Below, piece by piece: positions 1 to 12,262 of a DNA stretch of 64,000 nt. The position numbers and the translations under genes are program-made. The notes beneath the pieces were generated by a model. It did not search any database, was not told the DNA's origin, and was given only the letters and a program-made list of their open reading frames with translations. The DNA comes from an uncultured delta proteobacterium. GTDB lineage: Bacteria; Desulfobacterota; RBG-13-43-22. Each line of letters opens with the position of its first letter. Position 1 is the stretch's first letter. The stretch is taken from NCBI GenBank assembly GCA_963790475.1, contig CAWBOS010000010.1, positions 1,728,001-1,792,000 of the forward strand, read 5' to 3'.

Positions 1-1
1 C

Positions 2-958
2 GGTTCCACGGCCGCCGATACAGCGGCCGTGGGCTCGATTCTCATTCCGGCCATGAACCAGGCCGGCTACAGTCCTTCCCGGGCAACGGCCATCGTTTGT
101 GCGGCCTGCGGCATGGGGATCCTGGTGCCACCCTGTATCGCTATGGTCGTTTATGGCGGCATTGCCAATACCTCCATCGGGGCGCTCTTTGCCGGCGGGT
201 TTCTCCCGGCCTTGGTCATGGCCTCAGCCCTGATGTTTCAGCTCAACATTCAGGCGCGAAGCGTGGGCCTGGTGCCGTCACCCTGGCCGGGGATCAGACC
301 CCTCGGCCGGGCATTTAGAGAAGCAATTCTGGCCCTCATTTTGCCCCTCATTGTCTTCGGGGGGATTTTAGGTGGAATCTGCACGCCCACTGAAGCCGCG
401 GTTCTGGCCGTGGCCTACGGCCTGGTGATCAGCCTCTGGGTCTACCGGGAGATCGATTTAAAAAAGCTAAAAGAGGTCCTGGTTGAAACCGGCGTAGTCA
501 CCGGCAAGGTCATGCTTATGGTCGGGATGGCTTCCGTTTTCGCCTGGATCCTGACCCGGGAGCAGGTACCCCAAACCCTGGCCCGCTTCATCCTCTCCCT
601 GGGAGGGGGGAAGATCCTTTTTCTCTTAATTATCAATTTCTCCTTTCTCTTTTTAGGGGCGGTCCTGGAAGGTGTTCCGGCCCTGATCATGACCGTGCCC
701 ATCCTCCTGCCCATCGCCGTCCAGTTCGGAATCGATCCCATCCATTTCGGAATTATTCTGATTGCCAACATGGGAATAGGCCTGTTTATCCCGCCGGTCG
801 GACTCGGGGTCTTCATCGGCTGCAGCATCGGGAAAATTACAGTTTCGGAGGTCGTTCGGCCTTTACTCTCCTACCTGTCCGTAAACTTTGCCACCGTTCT
901 ACTGATCACCTATTGGCCCTGGCTGACCATGGCCCTGCCGAATCTTCTGTTCAAGTAA
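2..958 (+). CDS. dctM: TRAP transporter large permease (5'-truncated by window edge)
   Basis: Hydrophobic ORF open from base 2 (GSTAADTAAVG...), with DctM-type motifs ILVPPCIAMVVYG, TPTEAA, GIDPIHFG and IPPVG. Confidence 0.9.
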   Translation, partial: GSTAADTAAVGSILIPAMNQAGYSPSRATAIVCAACGMGILVPPCIAMVVYGGIANTSIGALFAGGFLPALVMASALMFQLNIQARSVGLVPSPWPGIRPLGRAFREAILALILPLIVFGGILGGICTPTEAAVLAVAYGLVISLWVYREIDLKKLKEVLVETGVVTGKVMLMVGMASVFAWILTREQVPQTLARFILSLGGGKILFLLIINFSFLFLGAVLEGVPALIMTVPILLPIAVQFGIDPIHFGIILIANMGIGLFIPPVGLGVFIGCSIGKITVSEVVRPLLSYLSVNFATVLLITYWPWLTMALPNLLFK

Positions 959-1072
959 TATTTTAGTTTCAGAAAATAAGTTCTCGCTTTTTTTACCAAA
1001 AGACCCCCCCCCGGTCCCTGACAGCAAAATTTTGTGAAAACTGTTTTGAGACCCCTAATAACTTTTACTTTT

Positions 1073-1100
1073 TAACCTTTCTCTTGGGCCGTCGGTCAAA
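1073..1100 (+). promoter_or_regulatory. Putative ECF-sigma promoter TAAC-N18-GTCAAA upstream of Spy-like gene
   Basis: One of eight similar intergenic motifs in 1-26 kb; ends 23 nt before ATG 1124. Confidence 0.55.
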
Positions 1101-1123
1101 AGGAAAAAAGGGGGGCTCATAAA

Positions 1124-1612
1124 ATGAAAGATATGATTAAGATCCGAACAATAGCTTTGATTCCGGCCTTCTTGGCGATCATCTTGTTCTTGGTCCTATT
1201 GCCCGGTTCAGCTCATGCCTTTGGTTCAGGTTTCAGAGATCGTGGTGGTTTTAGCAGGGCGAGTAAATCGGTTGAGAACAAGTCATTAAATCTCTCCCCG
1301 GACCAGGAGATCCAGTTAAAAGGCTTAAGGAATAAATTCCTGGAGGAAACAGCCTATCTCCGAAGCGAGATTCCGATAAAGCTTGAGGAACTCAGGGTTC
1401 TTTGGACCGACCCTAAACCGGATAAGGACAGGATCAATGCCAAAAAAAAGGAAATTATGGAGTTATTCACCGAGCTGCAAATTAAGGTCACTGATAATAG
1501 GATAATAGCTCAGACTTTCTTAACCCCGGAACAGGCGGAAAAATTGCCTGTTTTCGGTCTTCGTTTGAATATAGAAACCAATTTTGGGCTTGCCCCGGAC
1601 CTCCGTCCTTGA
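1124..1612 (+). CDS. Spy/CpxP/ZraP-like periplasmic helical chaperone or metal-binding protein
   Basis: Signal peptide ending AHA, two LTxxQ-type motifs (LNLSPDQ, LTPEQ), helical core. Confidence 0.8.
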   Translation: MKDMIKIRTIALIPAFLAIILFLVLLPGSAHAFGSGFRDRGGFSRASKSVENKSLNLSPDQEIQLKGLRNKFLEETAYLRSEIPIKLEELRVLWTDPKPDKDRINAKKKEIMELFTELQIKVTDNRIIAQTFLTPEQAEKLPVFGLRLNIETNFGLAPDLRP

Positions 1613-1953
1613 ATGGGCGCCCCCCGCGAACGGTCAGGGCCAGGCCGGTCTTTACCGCTACAGCTCTAATTAAAAAGGAATTAAATATGAAAGAGTCCAT
1701 CAAAATAATGCACATAGATGGCGATTACCGGGTTGTATATATTTCGATCAGGGAGGGGGCGCTTGTCGAATCACCCGTTGGTCTGGAAGACGCCATAACC
1801 TTGCTCAAAAATATTAAATTCGATCTGATTTTGTTTGAACCTCAACAGATGGCCATACTGACTCCATGAGCCCCCATCAGAAATATAATAAACCTGAGAT
1901 AGTTGCTTGAAAGAATATCAATCATCTTCTGAAATGCGAAGAGGTGATTTATG
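1611..1953 (+). repeat. Diverged ~340-bp duplicated module, copy 1 (copy 2 at 17239-17580)
   Basis: Colinear shared blocks: AATGGGC-CCCCC..CGGTCAGGGC; ATAATGCA-AT-GATGG-GATTAC-GGGTTGTA; GAACCTCAA; AATCATCTTCTG-A-TGCGAAG. Confidence 0.85.
1687..1869 (+). CDS. Small protein resembling the N-terminal half of a receiver domain (alternative TTG start 1609)
   Basis: AAGGAA RBS; IMHIDGD...LEDAITLLKNIKFDLILFEP; homologous copy at 17313 with synonymous changes. Confidence 0.6.
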   Translation: MKESIKIMHIDGDYRVVYISIREGALVESPVGLEDAITLLKNIKFDLILFEPQQMAILTP

Positions 1954-2225
1954 AACATTTTATTTTTTCATACGAAAAGGATGTGTTGGATTTGGGACTT
2001 TCTTATTTTAATGATCGAGTTAATAATTTCATGCTTCCCCAAAAGACTGAGACTCATTCTGGAACCGACCAACCAATCTTTTCCGATAAATCAAGAATAT
2101 CATATTGCAGAGAACCAATCGGCTGATTTGAATTAGGAAACTGACGATTCAGCTGTCTTTCGGCTTGGTGATTCGGGAGAGGCGGATCTATTTTGTCAGA
2201 TCCCTGGCTGATCTCCGGGGACCAC

Positions 2226-2670
2226 TCAAGTAGACTTGAGGTCATTTCTATTTGACGTTCTCCTCAACCCTTTCAACCGAAGACGGAGTCGGTCAAGAGA
2301 CAGGTACATGACCGGTGTGGTGGAGAGGGTAAGCATCCGACTGGTGACCAGTCCGCCGACGATAGCGATTACCCAGGGGACGGCGGATCTCTGAGCCCAC
2401 GCCTGTTCCCAGGCCAGGGGAAAGGCACCGGGCAGAGCCGCCATGGTGGTCATCATAATCGCTCTAAACCGCAACAGACAGGCCTGGTAGATGGCCTCCA
2501 CCGGGCTTACCCCACTCTTGGGTTCCGCTTCTACGGCGAAGTCCACCATCATGATCCCGTTTTTTTTGACGATCCCGATAAGCAGGATGGTCCCGATAAA
2601 GAAAATGGCGGTCAGTTCAGTACGGAAGATCAGGAGGGCCAGGACCGCCTCTTCACCGGCTGAAAGCAAG
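2226..2670 (-). pseudogene. Degenerate C-terminal fragment of an MdtB/MdtC-like RND permease
   Basis: [35 protein letters not shown] and LTLSTTPVMYL align with the last helices of the adjacent MdtC; N-terminal ~880 aa are absent. Confidence 0.8.
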
Positions 2671-2770
2671 GTGGCACAGTTTTTTTCAAATAGGGCACGA
2701 TGAATAAAAACTCCATTTCTCTCATGAGAAATGAGGTCTAATAATTTTTCAGTGGAATTCCTTGGTCCAA

Positions 2771-4204
2771 TTAAGGCCCGGACGATGCTGATGTCCACCC
2801 GCCGCCCAGAGCCTTGATAAGCAGTACCGTAGCCGTCATTCTTCGTCCGGCAATGTCCACTGCCGCCCTCTCACTCGTCAATGTTGCCGTCTGGGCCACA
2901 ATCACATTGAGATAACTGACCGTCCCCGCCTGGTACTGGTTCATGGTTACCGTCAGAAACTGCTGTGCCGCCTTCACTGCCGCATCCTGCACCCGCGCCT
3001 CCTCTTCAAGGATACGCAGGGCCGCAAGGTTATCCTCAACCTCCTGAAATCCCGTCAGCACGGTCTGGCGGTAAGTGGCCACCGTGCCATCGTAGGCCGC
3101 TCTGGCCTGATCCGTAAGGGCCTGTATCGAGCCGCCGGCAAAAAGCGGCTGAGCCAGGGCAGCCCCCAACGACCAGAAGTGGCTCGGCCAATTAAACCAT
3201 GTTGAGAAATCGCCGCTTTCGTAACCCCCCAATAAGCTCAGGGTGATCCTCGGAAAGAAGGCGGCTTTGGCGACACCTATCTGCGCATTTGCCGCCGCAA
3301 CACGCCGTTCCGCAGCGGCGACGTCGGGCCTTCGTTCGAGAAGCTCAGAAGGCAGGCCTATGGGTACAGCGGGCGGAACCGGTTTAAACGGGGCTGAAGC
3401 AAGGGTAAAAGCAGAGGCGGGCTTCCCGATGAGGAGCGCTATGGCGTGCTCCAACTGTGAGCGCTGCACGCCCAGATCGATCAATTGGGCCTTCGTGGAC
3501 TCCAGCTGAGTCTGCGCCTGGAGGACATCGGCTTTCCCCGCCACACCACCGCCATAGCGGTTCTGAGTCAGATCAAGCGCCTTTTGAAAAGACTTGACCG
3601 TCTCCTCGAAAAGCTGAATCTGGGTATCAACCGTTCGCAATTGAAAATAGGCCTGCGCCAGGCCACTCTGAGCGCTCAGGCGGGCGGATTCGAGGTCTGC
3701 CGCGCTGGCTTCTGCGCTGCCCCGACTGGCCTCGACCGTGCGGCGAATCCTTCCCCAGACGTCGGCCTCCCAGGACAGGTTGACCGGTAAGAGAAAATCC
3801 GAGGCGGGAACGCCACCGGCAGCCTGACTCTTCGCCAGTGTGGAGGAACTCTCAGCCCGGGTATAGGAAGGGTTGGTGGTGATGAAGGGGAAATAACTTG
3901 CTCTGGCAATCTGGACCAATGCCAGGGCCTGGCGGACCTGGGCCTCTGCCCCTATAACGGTCTGGTTCGAGAGGTTTATCTGTTCCTCAAGGTCGTTCAA
4001 CTGGGTGTCCTCGAAAACCTTCCACCAGGCCCCCCTGGCGATTTCATCGGCCGGCTGAGCTATTTTCCAGCCCGCGTTTTCTTTGTAGGCTTCCGGCACC
4101 GGCGCACTGGGCCGTTTATAGTCGGGCCCTAGAGCGCAGGCAGCCAACAACAGGAACAGCGCCATCCCACCCATCACTTTAATCATCCTGACCATGTTAT
4201 TCAC
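2771..4204 (-). CDS. RND outer-membrane factor lipoprotein (NodT/OprM family)
   Basis: Lipobox LLAAC, GPDYKRP, SWEADVWG, LLERRPDVAAAE, C-terminal KALGGGW. Confidence 0.93.
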   Translation of the reverse strand: MNNMVRMIKVMGGMALFLLLAACALGPDYKRPSAPVPEAYKENAGWKIAQPADEIARGAWWKVFEDTQLNDLEEQINLSNQTVIGAEAQVRQALALVQIARASYFPFITTNPSYTRAESSSTLAKSQAAGGVPASDFLLPVNLSWEADVWGRIRRTVEASRGSAEASAADLESARLSAQSGLAQAYFQLRTVDTQIQLFEETVKSFQKALDLTQNRYGGGVAGKADVLQAQTQLESTKAQLIDLGVQRSQLEHAIALLIGKPASAFTLASAPFKPVPPAVPIGLPSELLERRPDVAAAERRVAAANAQIGVAKAAFFPRITLSLLGGYESGDFSTWFNWPSHFWSLGAALAQPLFAGGSIQALTDQARAAYDGTVATYRQTVLTGFQEVEDNLAALRILEEEARVQDAAVKAAQQFLTVTMNQYQAGTVSYLNVIVAQTATLTSERAAVDIAGRRMTATVLLIKALGGGWTSASSGP

Positions 4205-4213
4205 CTCTTCACC

Positions 4214-7200
4214 TCACACATTCTCCGGGGTATTTCCCATCGCTCCCGGACGGCGATTTTCCCTCAACTTTTTCATGCGCAGCCTGAACCGGTCCAGATA
4301 GAGATACATCACGGGTGTCGTATAAAGGGTAAGCATCTGGCTGAATATGAGACCCCCCACAATGGCAATGCCCAGGGGACGCCTAAGCTCGGATCCGATG
4401 CCCCGGCCCAAGGCCAGAGGCAGCCCCCCCAACATCGCCGCCATCGTCGTCATCATGATCGGTCTAAAACGTAAAAGACAGGCCTGGAAAATGGCCTCCT
4501 CCGGGCCTTTCCCTTCTTTGCGCTCCGCTTCCAGGGCGAAATCGACCATCATGATACCGTTCTTCTTGACCAGACCGATGAGAAGGATGATGCCGATGAG
4601 GGCGATCATGCTGAAATCGATACGGAAGAGGAGGAGGGCCAGAAAGGCCCCCACACCTGCCGACGGCAGGGTCGAGAGAATGGTGATCGGATGCACGTAG
4701 CTTTCATAGAGCATCCCCAGCACGATGTAGACCGCAACCAGGGCGGCCAATATAAGCCAGGGCATGTTGGCCAGAGCGGACTGGAAGGCCTGGGCCGTTC
4801 CCTGAAAGCTGCCCCGGATGCTCCCCGGAAGTCCCATCTTCCGGGCGGCCTCCTCCATCTCCTTTACCGCCTCCCCCAGCGCCTTACCCGGCAGGAGATT
4901 GAAGGAGATGGTAACGGCGGGAAACTGACTCTGATGGTTGACCGCCAGAGAAGTCGCCTTGCGCTCGAACCGGGTAAAGGCGGAGAGCGGCACCATGTCC
5001 CTTGTCGCCGAACGCACATAAATGTCCCGAAGTGTGTCCGGTCTCTGCCAGAAAGCCGGTTGAACCTCCATCACCGTATGGTACTGATTGAGATAGGTGT
5101 AGGTGATCGAGACCTGCCTTTGACCGAAGGCGTCGTAAAGCGCATCGTCAATGGCCTGCGGCGTGATGTTGAAACGGGAGGCCGTGTCCCGGTCGATGAC
5201 CAGATTGGCCTCTAGACCCTTATCCTGCTGGTCGCTGTTCACATCCGCGAGTGCGGGGAGACGGCGCATTTGCTGCAGGACTCGCGGCGACCAGCGGTTG
5301 AGGTCGTCCAGGTTCTCTCCCTTGAGCGTATATTGGTACATGGCTCCGCTCAGCCTGCCTCCTATCCGCAGTTCCTGCACCACCTGAAGGTAGGTGGGAG
5401 CCCCGGGCACCTGACCTAATTTCCCCCGCAGTCGGCCGATGACCTCATTGGCCGTACTTTTGCGCTTCTCATTGGGTTTCAGAGCGATAAAGAGGCGGGC
5501 GGTGTTGGTGGTGGCGCCGCCCCCCCCCGAACTCCCTGTAAATCCGGCGACGTTCTCGACGTCCCGATCCGCCTTGATAATGTCCACCACCTGTTTGAGC
5601 TTCGCCCGCATGGCCTGGAACGAGATGTGCTGCTCGGCAATGATGGAACCGGTAATACGCCCGGTGTCCTGTTCAGGGAAAAACCCTTTGGGACTGATGA
5701 TGAAGAGGCCGATGGTGACCACCACACAGGAAACGACCAGACTCAGCATGAACCGGGGATGACCCAGGGCCCAGTGCAGCGTCTGTTCGTATCGAGCGCG
5801 CATCCCGTTGAACAGGCGTTCGCTCATCTTATAAACCCGGCCATGCGCGCCGGTCTTTCCCTGTTTAAGGAGCTTGGCGCACATCATGGGGGTCACCGTC
5901 AGAGAGGCCGCCAGTGAAACAAGCACGGCCACACTCAGCGTCACGGCAAATTCGCGCAGCAGGCGGCCGGGAATGTCCCCCATCAGAAGAAGAGGGATAA
6001 AGACGGCCACCAGAGAAACACTCATGGACAATACCGTAAAAGTGATCTCCCGCGAACCGATGATGGCCGCTTCCATAGCGGATTTGCCCATTTCCATATG
6101 CCGCGTCGAATTTTCAAGGACCACGATGGCGTCGTCGACGACAAAGCCGGTGGCAATGGTGAGGGCCATGAGGGAGAGGTTGTCCAGGTTATAACCGAGC
6201 ATATACATAACGGCAAAAGTGCCGATGAGGGAAAGGACCACGGCTACGGCCGGTATAATGGTGGAGCGGATATTCCGGAGAAAGCCGAAGACGACCAGGA
6301 TAACCAGAAAGAACGAAATCATGAGGGTGATCCCTACATCCCTCAGGGATCCCCGGATAGGCGGGGTGCGGTCCTGCACAACGGTTGCCTTGACTGCGCC
6401 GGGCATGGCCGCCTCCAGTTGAGGGATGAGAGCACGGACCCGGTCCACGGTTTCGATGATGTTGGCCCCGGGCTGGCGGAAGATGATCACCATGATGGCT
6501 GGCTTCCCGTTTACCAGGCCGGTGGCCCTGACGTCTTCCACAGAATCGGTCACCTCGGCCACGTCGAGGAGACGTACGGCCGCCCCCGACCGATAGGAGA
6601 TGATTACCGGCTCGTATTGACTGGCTGTGCGTAACTGGTCGTTGGTCTGTATTTCCCAGGCACGCTCCTTGTCCCACAATTGTCCCTTGGGCCGGTTTAC
6701 ATTGGTGCTGCCCAGCACGCCCCGGATGTCCTCCAGACTGATGCCATATTTGTTCAAGGCCGTGGGGTTGACGTCCACACGAACGGCAGGCAGCGAGCTT
6801 CCCCCGACGATGACCTGGCCCACGCCTTCGACCTGAGACAATTTCTGCTGCATGATGCTCGAGGCGGCATCAAACATCTGCGCCGTGGTGACCACATCAG
6901 AGGTTAGGGCAATCAACAGGATCGGAGCATCGGCCGGGTTGATCTTCCGATAAAAAGGGTTACTCGGCAGATTGGCCGGAAGGTATCCTCGCGCCGCGTT
7001 GATCGCGCCTTGTACGTCACGGGCCGCTCCATTGATGTTACGGCTCAGATCAAACTGCAGCACAATGGAAGTGGAGCCACGGTAACTGGTGGAGGTCATC
7101 TCATTGACGCCCGCTATCCGTCCGAACTGACGCTCAAGGGGCGCGGCCACCGAGGTAGCCATGGTCTCCGGGTCCGCTCCGGGCAGGGCTGAGAATACGG

Positions 7201-7336
7201 CGATGGTGGGAAACTCGACCGGCGGCAATGGAGACACGGGCAGCAGACGAAGGGCCGTCAGCCCTGCCAGGGCGAGGGCGATAGCGAGCAGCGTCGTGGC
7301 CACAGGCCTGTGAATGAAGGTCTCTGAAATATTCAT
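4214..7336 (-). CDS. mdtC: Multidrug RND permease subunit MdtC
   Basis: 1040 aa; [36 protein letters not shown]; second of a tandem RND pair. Confidence 0.9.
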   Translation of the reverse strand: MNISETFIHRPVATTLLAIALALAGLTALRLLPVSPLPPVEFPTIAVFSALPGADPETMATSVAAPLERQFGRIAGVNEMTSTSYRGSTSIVLQFDLSRNINGAARDVQGAINAARGYLPANLPSNPFYRKINPADAPILLIALTSDVVTTAQMFDAASSIMQQKLSQVEGVGQVIVGGSSLPAVRVDVNPTALNKYGISLEDIRGVLGSTNVNRPKGQLWDKERAWEIQTNDQLRTASQYEPVIISYRSGAAVRLLDVAEVTDSVEDVRATGLVNGKPAIMVIIFRQPGANIIETVDRVRALIPQLEAAMPGAVKATVVQDRTPPIRGSLRDVGITLMISFFLVILVVFGFLRNIRSTIIPAVAVVLSLIGTFAVMYMLGYNLDNLSLMALTIATGFVVDDAIVVLENSTRHMEMGKSAMEAAIIGSREITFTVLSMSVSLVAVFIPLLLMGDIPGRLLREFAVTLSVAVLVSLAASLTVTPMMCAKLLKQGKTGAHGRVYKMSERLFNGMRARYEQTLHWALGHPRFMLSLVVSCVVVTIGLFIISPKGFFPEQDTGRITGSIIAEQHISFQAMRAKLKQVVDIIKADRDVENVAGFTGSSGGGGATTNTARLFIALKPNEKRKSTANEVIGRLRGKLGQVPGAPTYLQVVQELRIGGRLSGAMYQYTLKGENLDDLNRWSPRVLQQMRRLPALADVNSDQQDKGLEANLVIDRDTASRFNITPQAIDDALYDAFGQRQVSITYTYLNQYHTVMEVQPAFWQRPDTLRDIYVRSATRDMVPLSAFTRFERKATSLAVNHQSQFPAVTISFNLLPGKALGEAVKEMEEAARKMGLPGSIRGSFQGTAQAFQSALANMPWLILAALVAVYIVLGMLYESYVHPITILSTLPSAGVGAFLALLLFRIDFSMIALIGIILLIGLVKKNGIMMVDFALEAERKEGKGPEEAIFQACLLRFRPIMMTTMAAMLGGLPLALGRGIGSELRRPLGIAIVGGLIFSQMLTLYTTPVMYLYLDRFRLRMKKLRENRRPGAMGNTPENV

Positions 7337-10300
7337 GGCCGGTCAGTGGAAACAGTCTCTCCGTCCGGAGCGCCGGAGGTACGGTGCCTGAACCGGCGCG
7401 CCAACCGGTCAAACCAAAGATAGATAACGGGCGTGGTATAGAGGGTGAGCATCTGACTGATGATCATGCCTCCTACGATAGCGATGCCCAGAGGACGGCG
7501 AAGTTCGGATCCTACGCCTCCGCCCAGGGCCAAAGGAAGCGCGCTGAGCAGGGCGGCCATGGTGGTCATCATGATCGGCCTGAAACGCAGCAAGGATGCC
7601 TGGTAAATCGCCTCTTCCGGATTTCTTCCCTCCTTGCGCTCGGCCTCAAGGGCGAAATCAACGATCATAATGCCGTTTTTCTTGACGATGCCGATAAGGA
7701 GGATGATGCCGATGAGGGCGATCACACTGAAATCATTGCGCAGAGCGATCAGCGCCAGGAGGGCGCCTACACCGGCCGACGGTAAAGTCGAAAGGATAGT
7801 GATGGGATGAATGTAACTCTCATAAAGGACGCCGAGAACGATATAAACGGTGATAAGGGCGGCCAGGATCAGAATCGGCTCATTGGCCAGGGAATTCTTG
7901 AAGGCCTGCGCCGTACCCTGGAAGCTCCCCAGGATGCTCCCCGGAAGATTGAGGTCGTGCTCAGCCGCTTCCACCGCTCCCACGGCCTGGCCCAGCGAGG
8001 CCCCCTGGGCCAGATTGAAGGAGACGGTCACGGACGGGAACTGCCCCTGCCGGTTGACCAATAAAGGCCCGGTCGTTTCGCTCACTCGGGTGATGGCGCT
8101 CAAGGGCACTTGTCCGCCGGTGGCGCTACGGAGGTAAATGTTGCTCAACTGGGCCGGGTTTTGCAAAAAATCGGGCTTCACCGCAAGAATGACGCGGTAC
8201 TGGTTGAGCTGCGTAAATATGGTGGAGACAATACGCTGGCCAAAGGCATCATAGAGCGTATCGTCCACATTCTGCGGAGAAATGCCGAAACGTGACGCGG
8301 TTCTGCGGTCGATGTCGAGGGCCAAACGAAGCCCTTGGTCCTGCTGATCACTGCTCACATCGAGAAGCTCCGAGCGTTTCTTCAGGGCCTCGACCAGCCT
8401 GGGGGCCCAATGGTACAGCTCATTGGCATCGGGGTCCTCCATCGTGTACTGGAACTGGGTGCGGCTGACCCGCGCATCCACGGAGAGGTCCTGGACCGGC
8501 TGCATGAAAAGCTGTATTCCGGTAACCTTCGCCAGCTCGGGTTGCAGGCGTCTGATCACCTCGGAGGCATTCACCCCCCGCTCGCTGTGGGGTTTCAGGT
8601 TGATGAGGATCCGTCCGCTGTTTAGGGTGGCATTGGTGCCGTCGACGCCGATAAAGGAAGAGAGGCTTTCTACGGCCGGGTCCTTGAGGATCATCCGGGC
8701 CACAGCCTGTTGTTTTTCAGCCATAGCCGTAAAGGAGGCCACTTGGGAGGCCTCGGATATACCCTGAATAGCCCCGGTATCCTGTACCGGGAAAAATCCC
8801 TTCGGTATTATAATATAAAGGACCACCGTGAGTATCAGGGTGCCGGCGGCCGTCAGGAGCGTGGCTCCCTGCCGTCCGAGCACCCATTTCAGAGAGGTTC
8901 CGTAGGCCCCGATGATGCGGTCAAAGGCCCGCTGAGAGGCCCGGAAGATACGCCCCTGCTGCTCCTCGCGGGTATGTTTGAGCAGACGTGCGCACATCAT
9001 AGGGGTGAGGGTAAGGGACACCACCGCCGAGAGGAGGATGGTGATGCCCAGGGTGACAGCGAACTCACGAAAGAGTCGTCCCACCACATCCCCCATAAAC
9101 AAAAGGGGGATGAGCACAGCGATGAGCGAGATGGTCAGGGACAGAATCGTAAAGCCTATCTGCTTCGATCCTTTGAGCGCGGCTTCGAGGGGTGTGTCGC
9201 CATCTTCAATGAAGCGGGTGATATTCTCAATCATAACGATGGCATCATCGACGACAAAACCGGTGGAGATGGTGAGGGCCATGAGAGAGAGGTTGTTGAG
9301 ACTGAACCCGAGAAGATACATGGCGCCGAAGGTGCCCACCAGGGAAACGGGTACGGCGATGCTGGGGATGACTGTTGCCGAAAGGTTGCGTAAGAAAAGG
9401 AAGATAACCAGCACTACGAGGACCACGGCCAGCATCAGCTCGAACTGCACATCATGCACCGAGGCCCGGATCGTTGTGGTCCGGTCGGTGAGGATCGAAA
9501 CCTCCACCGCGGGGGGCAGGGAGCTCCTGAGCTGCGGCAATAGGGTCTTGACGCGGTTGACAACCTCGATGACATTGGCCCCGGGCTGGCGCTGAATATT
9601 AAGGATGACGGCCGGCGTCGTATCCCTCCAGGCGGCCTGTTGAACGTTCTCGGCGTCGTCTACGGCCTCGGCAACATCGGATAACCTGACCGGGGCCCCG
9701 TTCCTGTAGGCGACGATAAGGGACTGGTACTCAACGCTGGAAAAGATCTGGTCATTGGCCCCGATGATGTAGGACTGCCTGGGGCCATCAAAGCTTCCCT
9801 TGGCCTGGTTGACATTCGCCGTGGTCAGGGCCGAGCGTATGTCCTCCAGGGTGAGGTTGTAGGCGGCCAGGGCCGCCGGATTGGTATGGATCCTCACCGC
9901 CGGTCTTTGTCCCCCGCTGATACTCACCAGGCCCACGCCGGGTAGCTGGGATATCTTTTGCGCGAATCGGGTGTCGGCCAGGTCTTCGACCTTGGGCAAA
10001 GGCAGCGTCTTCGAGGTGAGGGCCAGGGTGAGAATCGGGGCATCGGCCGGGTTTACTTTACTATATACCGGCGGACTGGGAAGATCTCTAGGGAGAAAGG
10101 TAAAGGCCGCATTGATGGAGGCCTGGACCTGCTGCTCGGCCACGTCGAGGGACAGGTCGAGGTTGAACTGCAGTGTGATAACGGAACTTCCGCCGGAGCT
10201 GGTCGAAGTCATCTGGGCCAGTCCGGGCATGAGGCCGAACTGGCGCTCCAATGGAGCCGTGACCGAAGAGGCCATGACGTCAGGGCTTGCCCCCGGGTAG

Positions 10301-10449
10301 AAGGTACGCACCTGGATCGTCGGGTAATCGACCTGCGGCAGTGCAGAGACCGGCAAATAACGATAGGCGACGGCCCCGGCCAGAAGAATCGCAACCATCA
10401 GCAGCGTGGTGGCGACCGGCCGCAGGATGAAAGGGCGGGAAAGGTTCAT
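7333..10449 (-). CDS. mdtB: Multidrug RND permease subunit MdtB
   Basis: [42 protein letters not shown]; stop overlaps mdtC start. Confidence 0.92.
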   Translation of the reverse strand: MNLSRPFILRPVATTLLMVAILLAGAVAYRYLPVSALPQVDYPTIQVRTFYPGASPDVMASSVTAPLERQFGLMPGLAQMTSTSSGGSSVITLQFNLDLSLDVAEQQVQASINAAFTFLPRDLPSPPVYSKVNPADAPILTLALTSKTLPLPKVEDLADTRFAQKISQLPGVGLVSISGGQRPAVRIHTNPAALAAYNLTLEDIRSALTTANVNQAKGSFDGPRQSYIIGANDQIFSSVEYQSLIVAYRNGAPVRLSDVAEAVDDAENVQQAAWRDTTPAVILNIQRQPGANVIEVVNRVKTLLPQLRSSLPPAVEVSILTDRTTTIRASVHDVQFELMLAVVLVVLVIFLFLRNLSATVIPSIAVPVSLVGTFGAMYLLGFSLNNLSLMALTISTGFVVDDAIVMIENITRFIEDGDTPLEAALKGSKQIGFTILSLTISLIAVLIPLLFMGDVVGRLFREFAVTLGITILLSAVVSLTLTPMMCARLLKHTREEQQGRIFRASQRAFDRIIGAYGTSLKWVLGRQGATLLTAAGTLILTVVLYIIIPKGFFPVQDTGAIQGISEASQVASFTAMAEKQQAVARMILKDPAVESLSSFIGVDGTNATLNSGRILINLKPHSERGVNASEVIRRLQPELAKVTGIQLFMQPVQDLSVDARVSRTQFQYTMEDPDANELYHWAPRLVEALKKRSELLDVSSDQQDQGLRLALDIDRRTASRFGISPQNVDDTLYDAFGQRIVSTIFTQLNQYRVILAVKPDFLQNPAQLSNIYLRSATGGQVPLSAITRVSETTGPLLVNRQGQFPSVTVSFNLAQGASLGQAVGAVEAAEHDLNLPGSILGSFQGTAQAFKNSLANEPILILAALITVYIVLGVLYESYIHPITILSTLPSAGVGALLALIALRNDFSVIALIGIILLIGIVKKNGIMIVDFALEAERKEGRNPEEAIYQASLLRFRPIMMTTMAALLSALPLALGGGVGSELRRPLGIAIVGGMIISQMLTLYTTPVIYLWFDRLARRFRHRTSGAPDGETVSTDRP

Positions 10450-11675
10450 CAGCGAGCCTTTCGAGGCGTTTTGTCGCCGGTTTCGTCGCCCTTTAAATCC
10501 ACTTTTGCCCCGTCCCGCAGTCTCTCTGCTCCATCCGTTACCACGAGCTCGCCTTCTGAGAGACCGGACTTGATCGAGACATTACCGGTCTGGATTTCAC
10601 CCAACTCAACAGGGCGGACGACGGCGGTACGATCAGCCTTCACCACGTAGACGAACGGGCCCTGCGGACCTCGCTGAATGGCAGCCGAAGGGACGATGAC
10701 GACACCCCGCCTTACGTCAATGAGAAGTTTTGCATTGACAAACTGGTTCGGAAACAACTCATGGCCGGTGTTTGGGAACGAGGCCTTGAATTTCACGGTG
10801 CCGGTGTTGGGATCGACCTGGTTGTCGATGGTCAGAAGAGACCCGGCGGCGAGTTGCGTTTTCTGTTCCCGGTCATAGGCCTCAACCGGCATCCGCTCTC
10901 CTTTCTTCAGCCTTTTCAACACCGGCTGGAGATTATCCTCGGGGATAGGGAAGATAACGGTAATGGGCTGAAGCTGGGTGATGACGATTAGACCATTGGC
11001 ATCGGCCGCATGGACAATGTTGCCCGGGTCAACGAGACGCAAGCCGATGCGCCCGCTCACCGGCGCCGTGATCCGGCAATAGGTAAGTTGCAATTTGGCG
11101 CTATCGATCTGGCCTTGGTCGGCCTTTACAATACCCTCATACTGCCGCACGAGGGCCTCCTGAGTGTCGAGCTGTTGTTTGGGGATGGAGTCCTGCTGCC
11201 AAAGACCCCGGTACCGCTCAAGGTCGAGGACCGCGTTCTTCAGAAGGGCCTGGTCGCGGGCCATCTGGCCCTCGGCCTGGGCGAGCTGCACCTCGAAGGG
11301 TCTCGGGTCGATGACGGCCAATACCTCTCCTTTCTCCACGGTCTGGCCTTCCTTGTAGCGAATCTCCATCAATTGCCCGTCCACGCGCGTCTTGACGGTG
11401 ACCGTATTGAGCGGTGTGACCGTACCGAGCCCGGCAAGATACACCGCCAGGTCCCCCTTTTTGGCCTGTTCCGCGGCTACGGACACACTTCGCGTCTGAT
11501 TGGCCGACCTTTGCTTGTCGACCTTCGATTTCATCGCCGGCCTTACAATGAAGAAATATACGCCGACCGCCACGATGCCAACCGCGAGAAGTATCTTCCA
11601 CCAGCGCTTAGGTTTCCTGCCGGCATCTGTAGAATTCGGCAGGTCAGGTTTCTCGGACTCTATCGCAAATGTCAT
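10449..11675 (-). CDS. mdtA: RND periplasmic adaptor subunit MdtA
   Basis: N-terminal TM; [35 protein letters not shown]; first gene of mdtABC-OMF operon. Confidence 0.92.
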   Translation of the reverse strand: MTFAIESEKPDLPNSTDAGRKPKRWWKILLAVGIVAVGVYFFIVRPAMKSKVDKQRSANQTRSVSVAAEQAKKGDLAVYLAGLGTVTPLNTVTVKTRVDGQLMEIRYKEGQTVEKGEVLAVIDPRPFEVQLAQAEGQMARDQALLKNAVLDLERYRGLWQQDSIPKQQLDTQEALVRQYEGIVKADQGQIDSAKLQLTYCRITAPVSGRIGLRLVDPGNIVHAADANGLIVITQLQPITVIFPIPEDNLQPVLKRLKKGERMPVEAYDREQKTQLAAGSLLTIDNQVDPNTGTVKFKASFPNTGHELFPNQFVNAKLLIDVRRGVVIVPSAAIQRGPQGPFVYVVKADRTAVVRPVELGEIQTGNVSIKSGLSEGELVVTDGAERLRDGAKVDLKGDETGDKTPRKAR

Positions 11676-12234
11676 AATGATAGCCTCTCAAACATTTTAT
11701 TGATCATTTCCGGCGCACTTCAAAGAATACGCCTCTGACCGGCTTCTCGCCGAGAGATCAGGCACATTTTTAGAAAATACCAGACACAAAAATGTTAGTC
11801 AAGGGTGCTCCGCCCAAATTCTACTATCCCCTTGGTAACATTAAATGATGATTCAACTGGTCCCTGGTTATCCTTTTTCATCTTGCCTGCCCCTCCTCGG
11901 AAAATTTTGGTCCCTGAGAAGGTGGGGCATCCATGGGCCGCCCCTTCCCTCTTACTTCTTTTTCAATTATCCCTATACGATTTATCTTTAACATTTTAGA
12001 ATAACTGATCTTTGGGGAACATACAGTGAAGAATGTATTTTTAGAATTTTAAAGCGTCATTTTTCTGATAACAATCTGGAGAATTATAAGGGGAAAGGCC
12101 AAAAAATTTCGTTTCTTCTCTAGACCATTGAGCTATCCTGCCGAAATAAAAAGTCTTTTTTAAATTTCTCATAAGTTCTAATTTCTAAAGATTTCGTTAG
12201 TGGTCTCGACGCAGCTTATTTTATAATTTATCTT

Positions 12235-12262
12235 TTGGACTATAAAAGGTGGCTGAATGTTA
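12235..12262 (-). promoter_or_regulatory. Putative ECF-sigma promoter TAAC-N18-GTCCAA facing mdtA
   Basis: Minus strand reads TTTTTTAAC-attcagccaccttttata-GTCCAA; ~560 nt upstream of mdtA. Confidence 0.4.

Noticed and set aside
2671-2798. N-terminal part of ORF 2226..2798 as a real 190-aa gene
   Set aside because: It starts inside the OMF gene and crosses AT-rich spacer; only the distal part is RND-like, so it is a chance open frame
4347-11738. Many long + strand ORFs opposite mdtABC (e.g. 8710..9393, 9958..10650, 11010..11738)
   Set aside because: Antisense shadow ORFs of GC-rich coding sequence with no motifs
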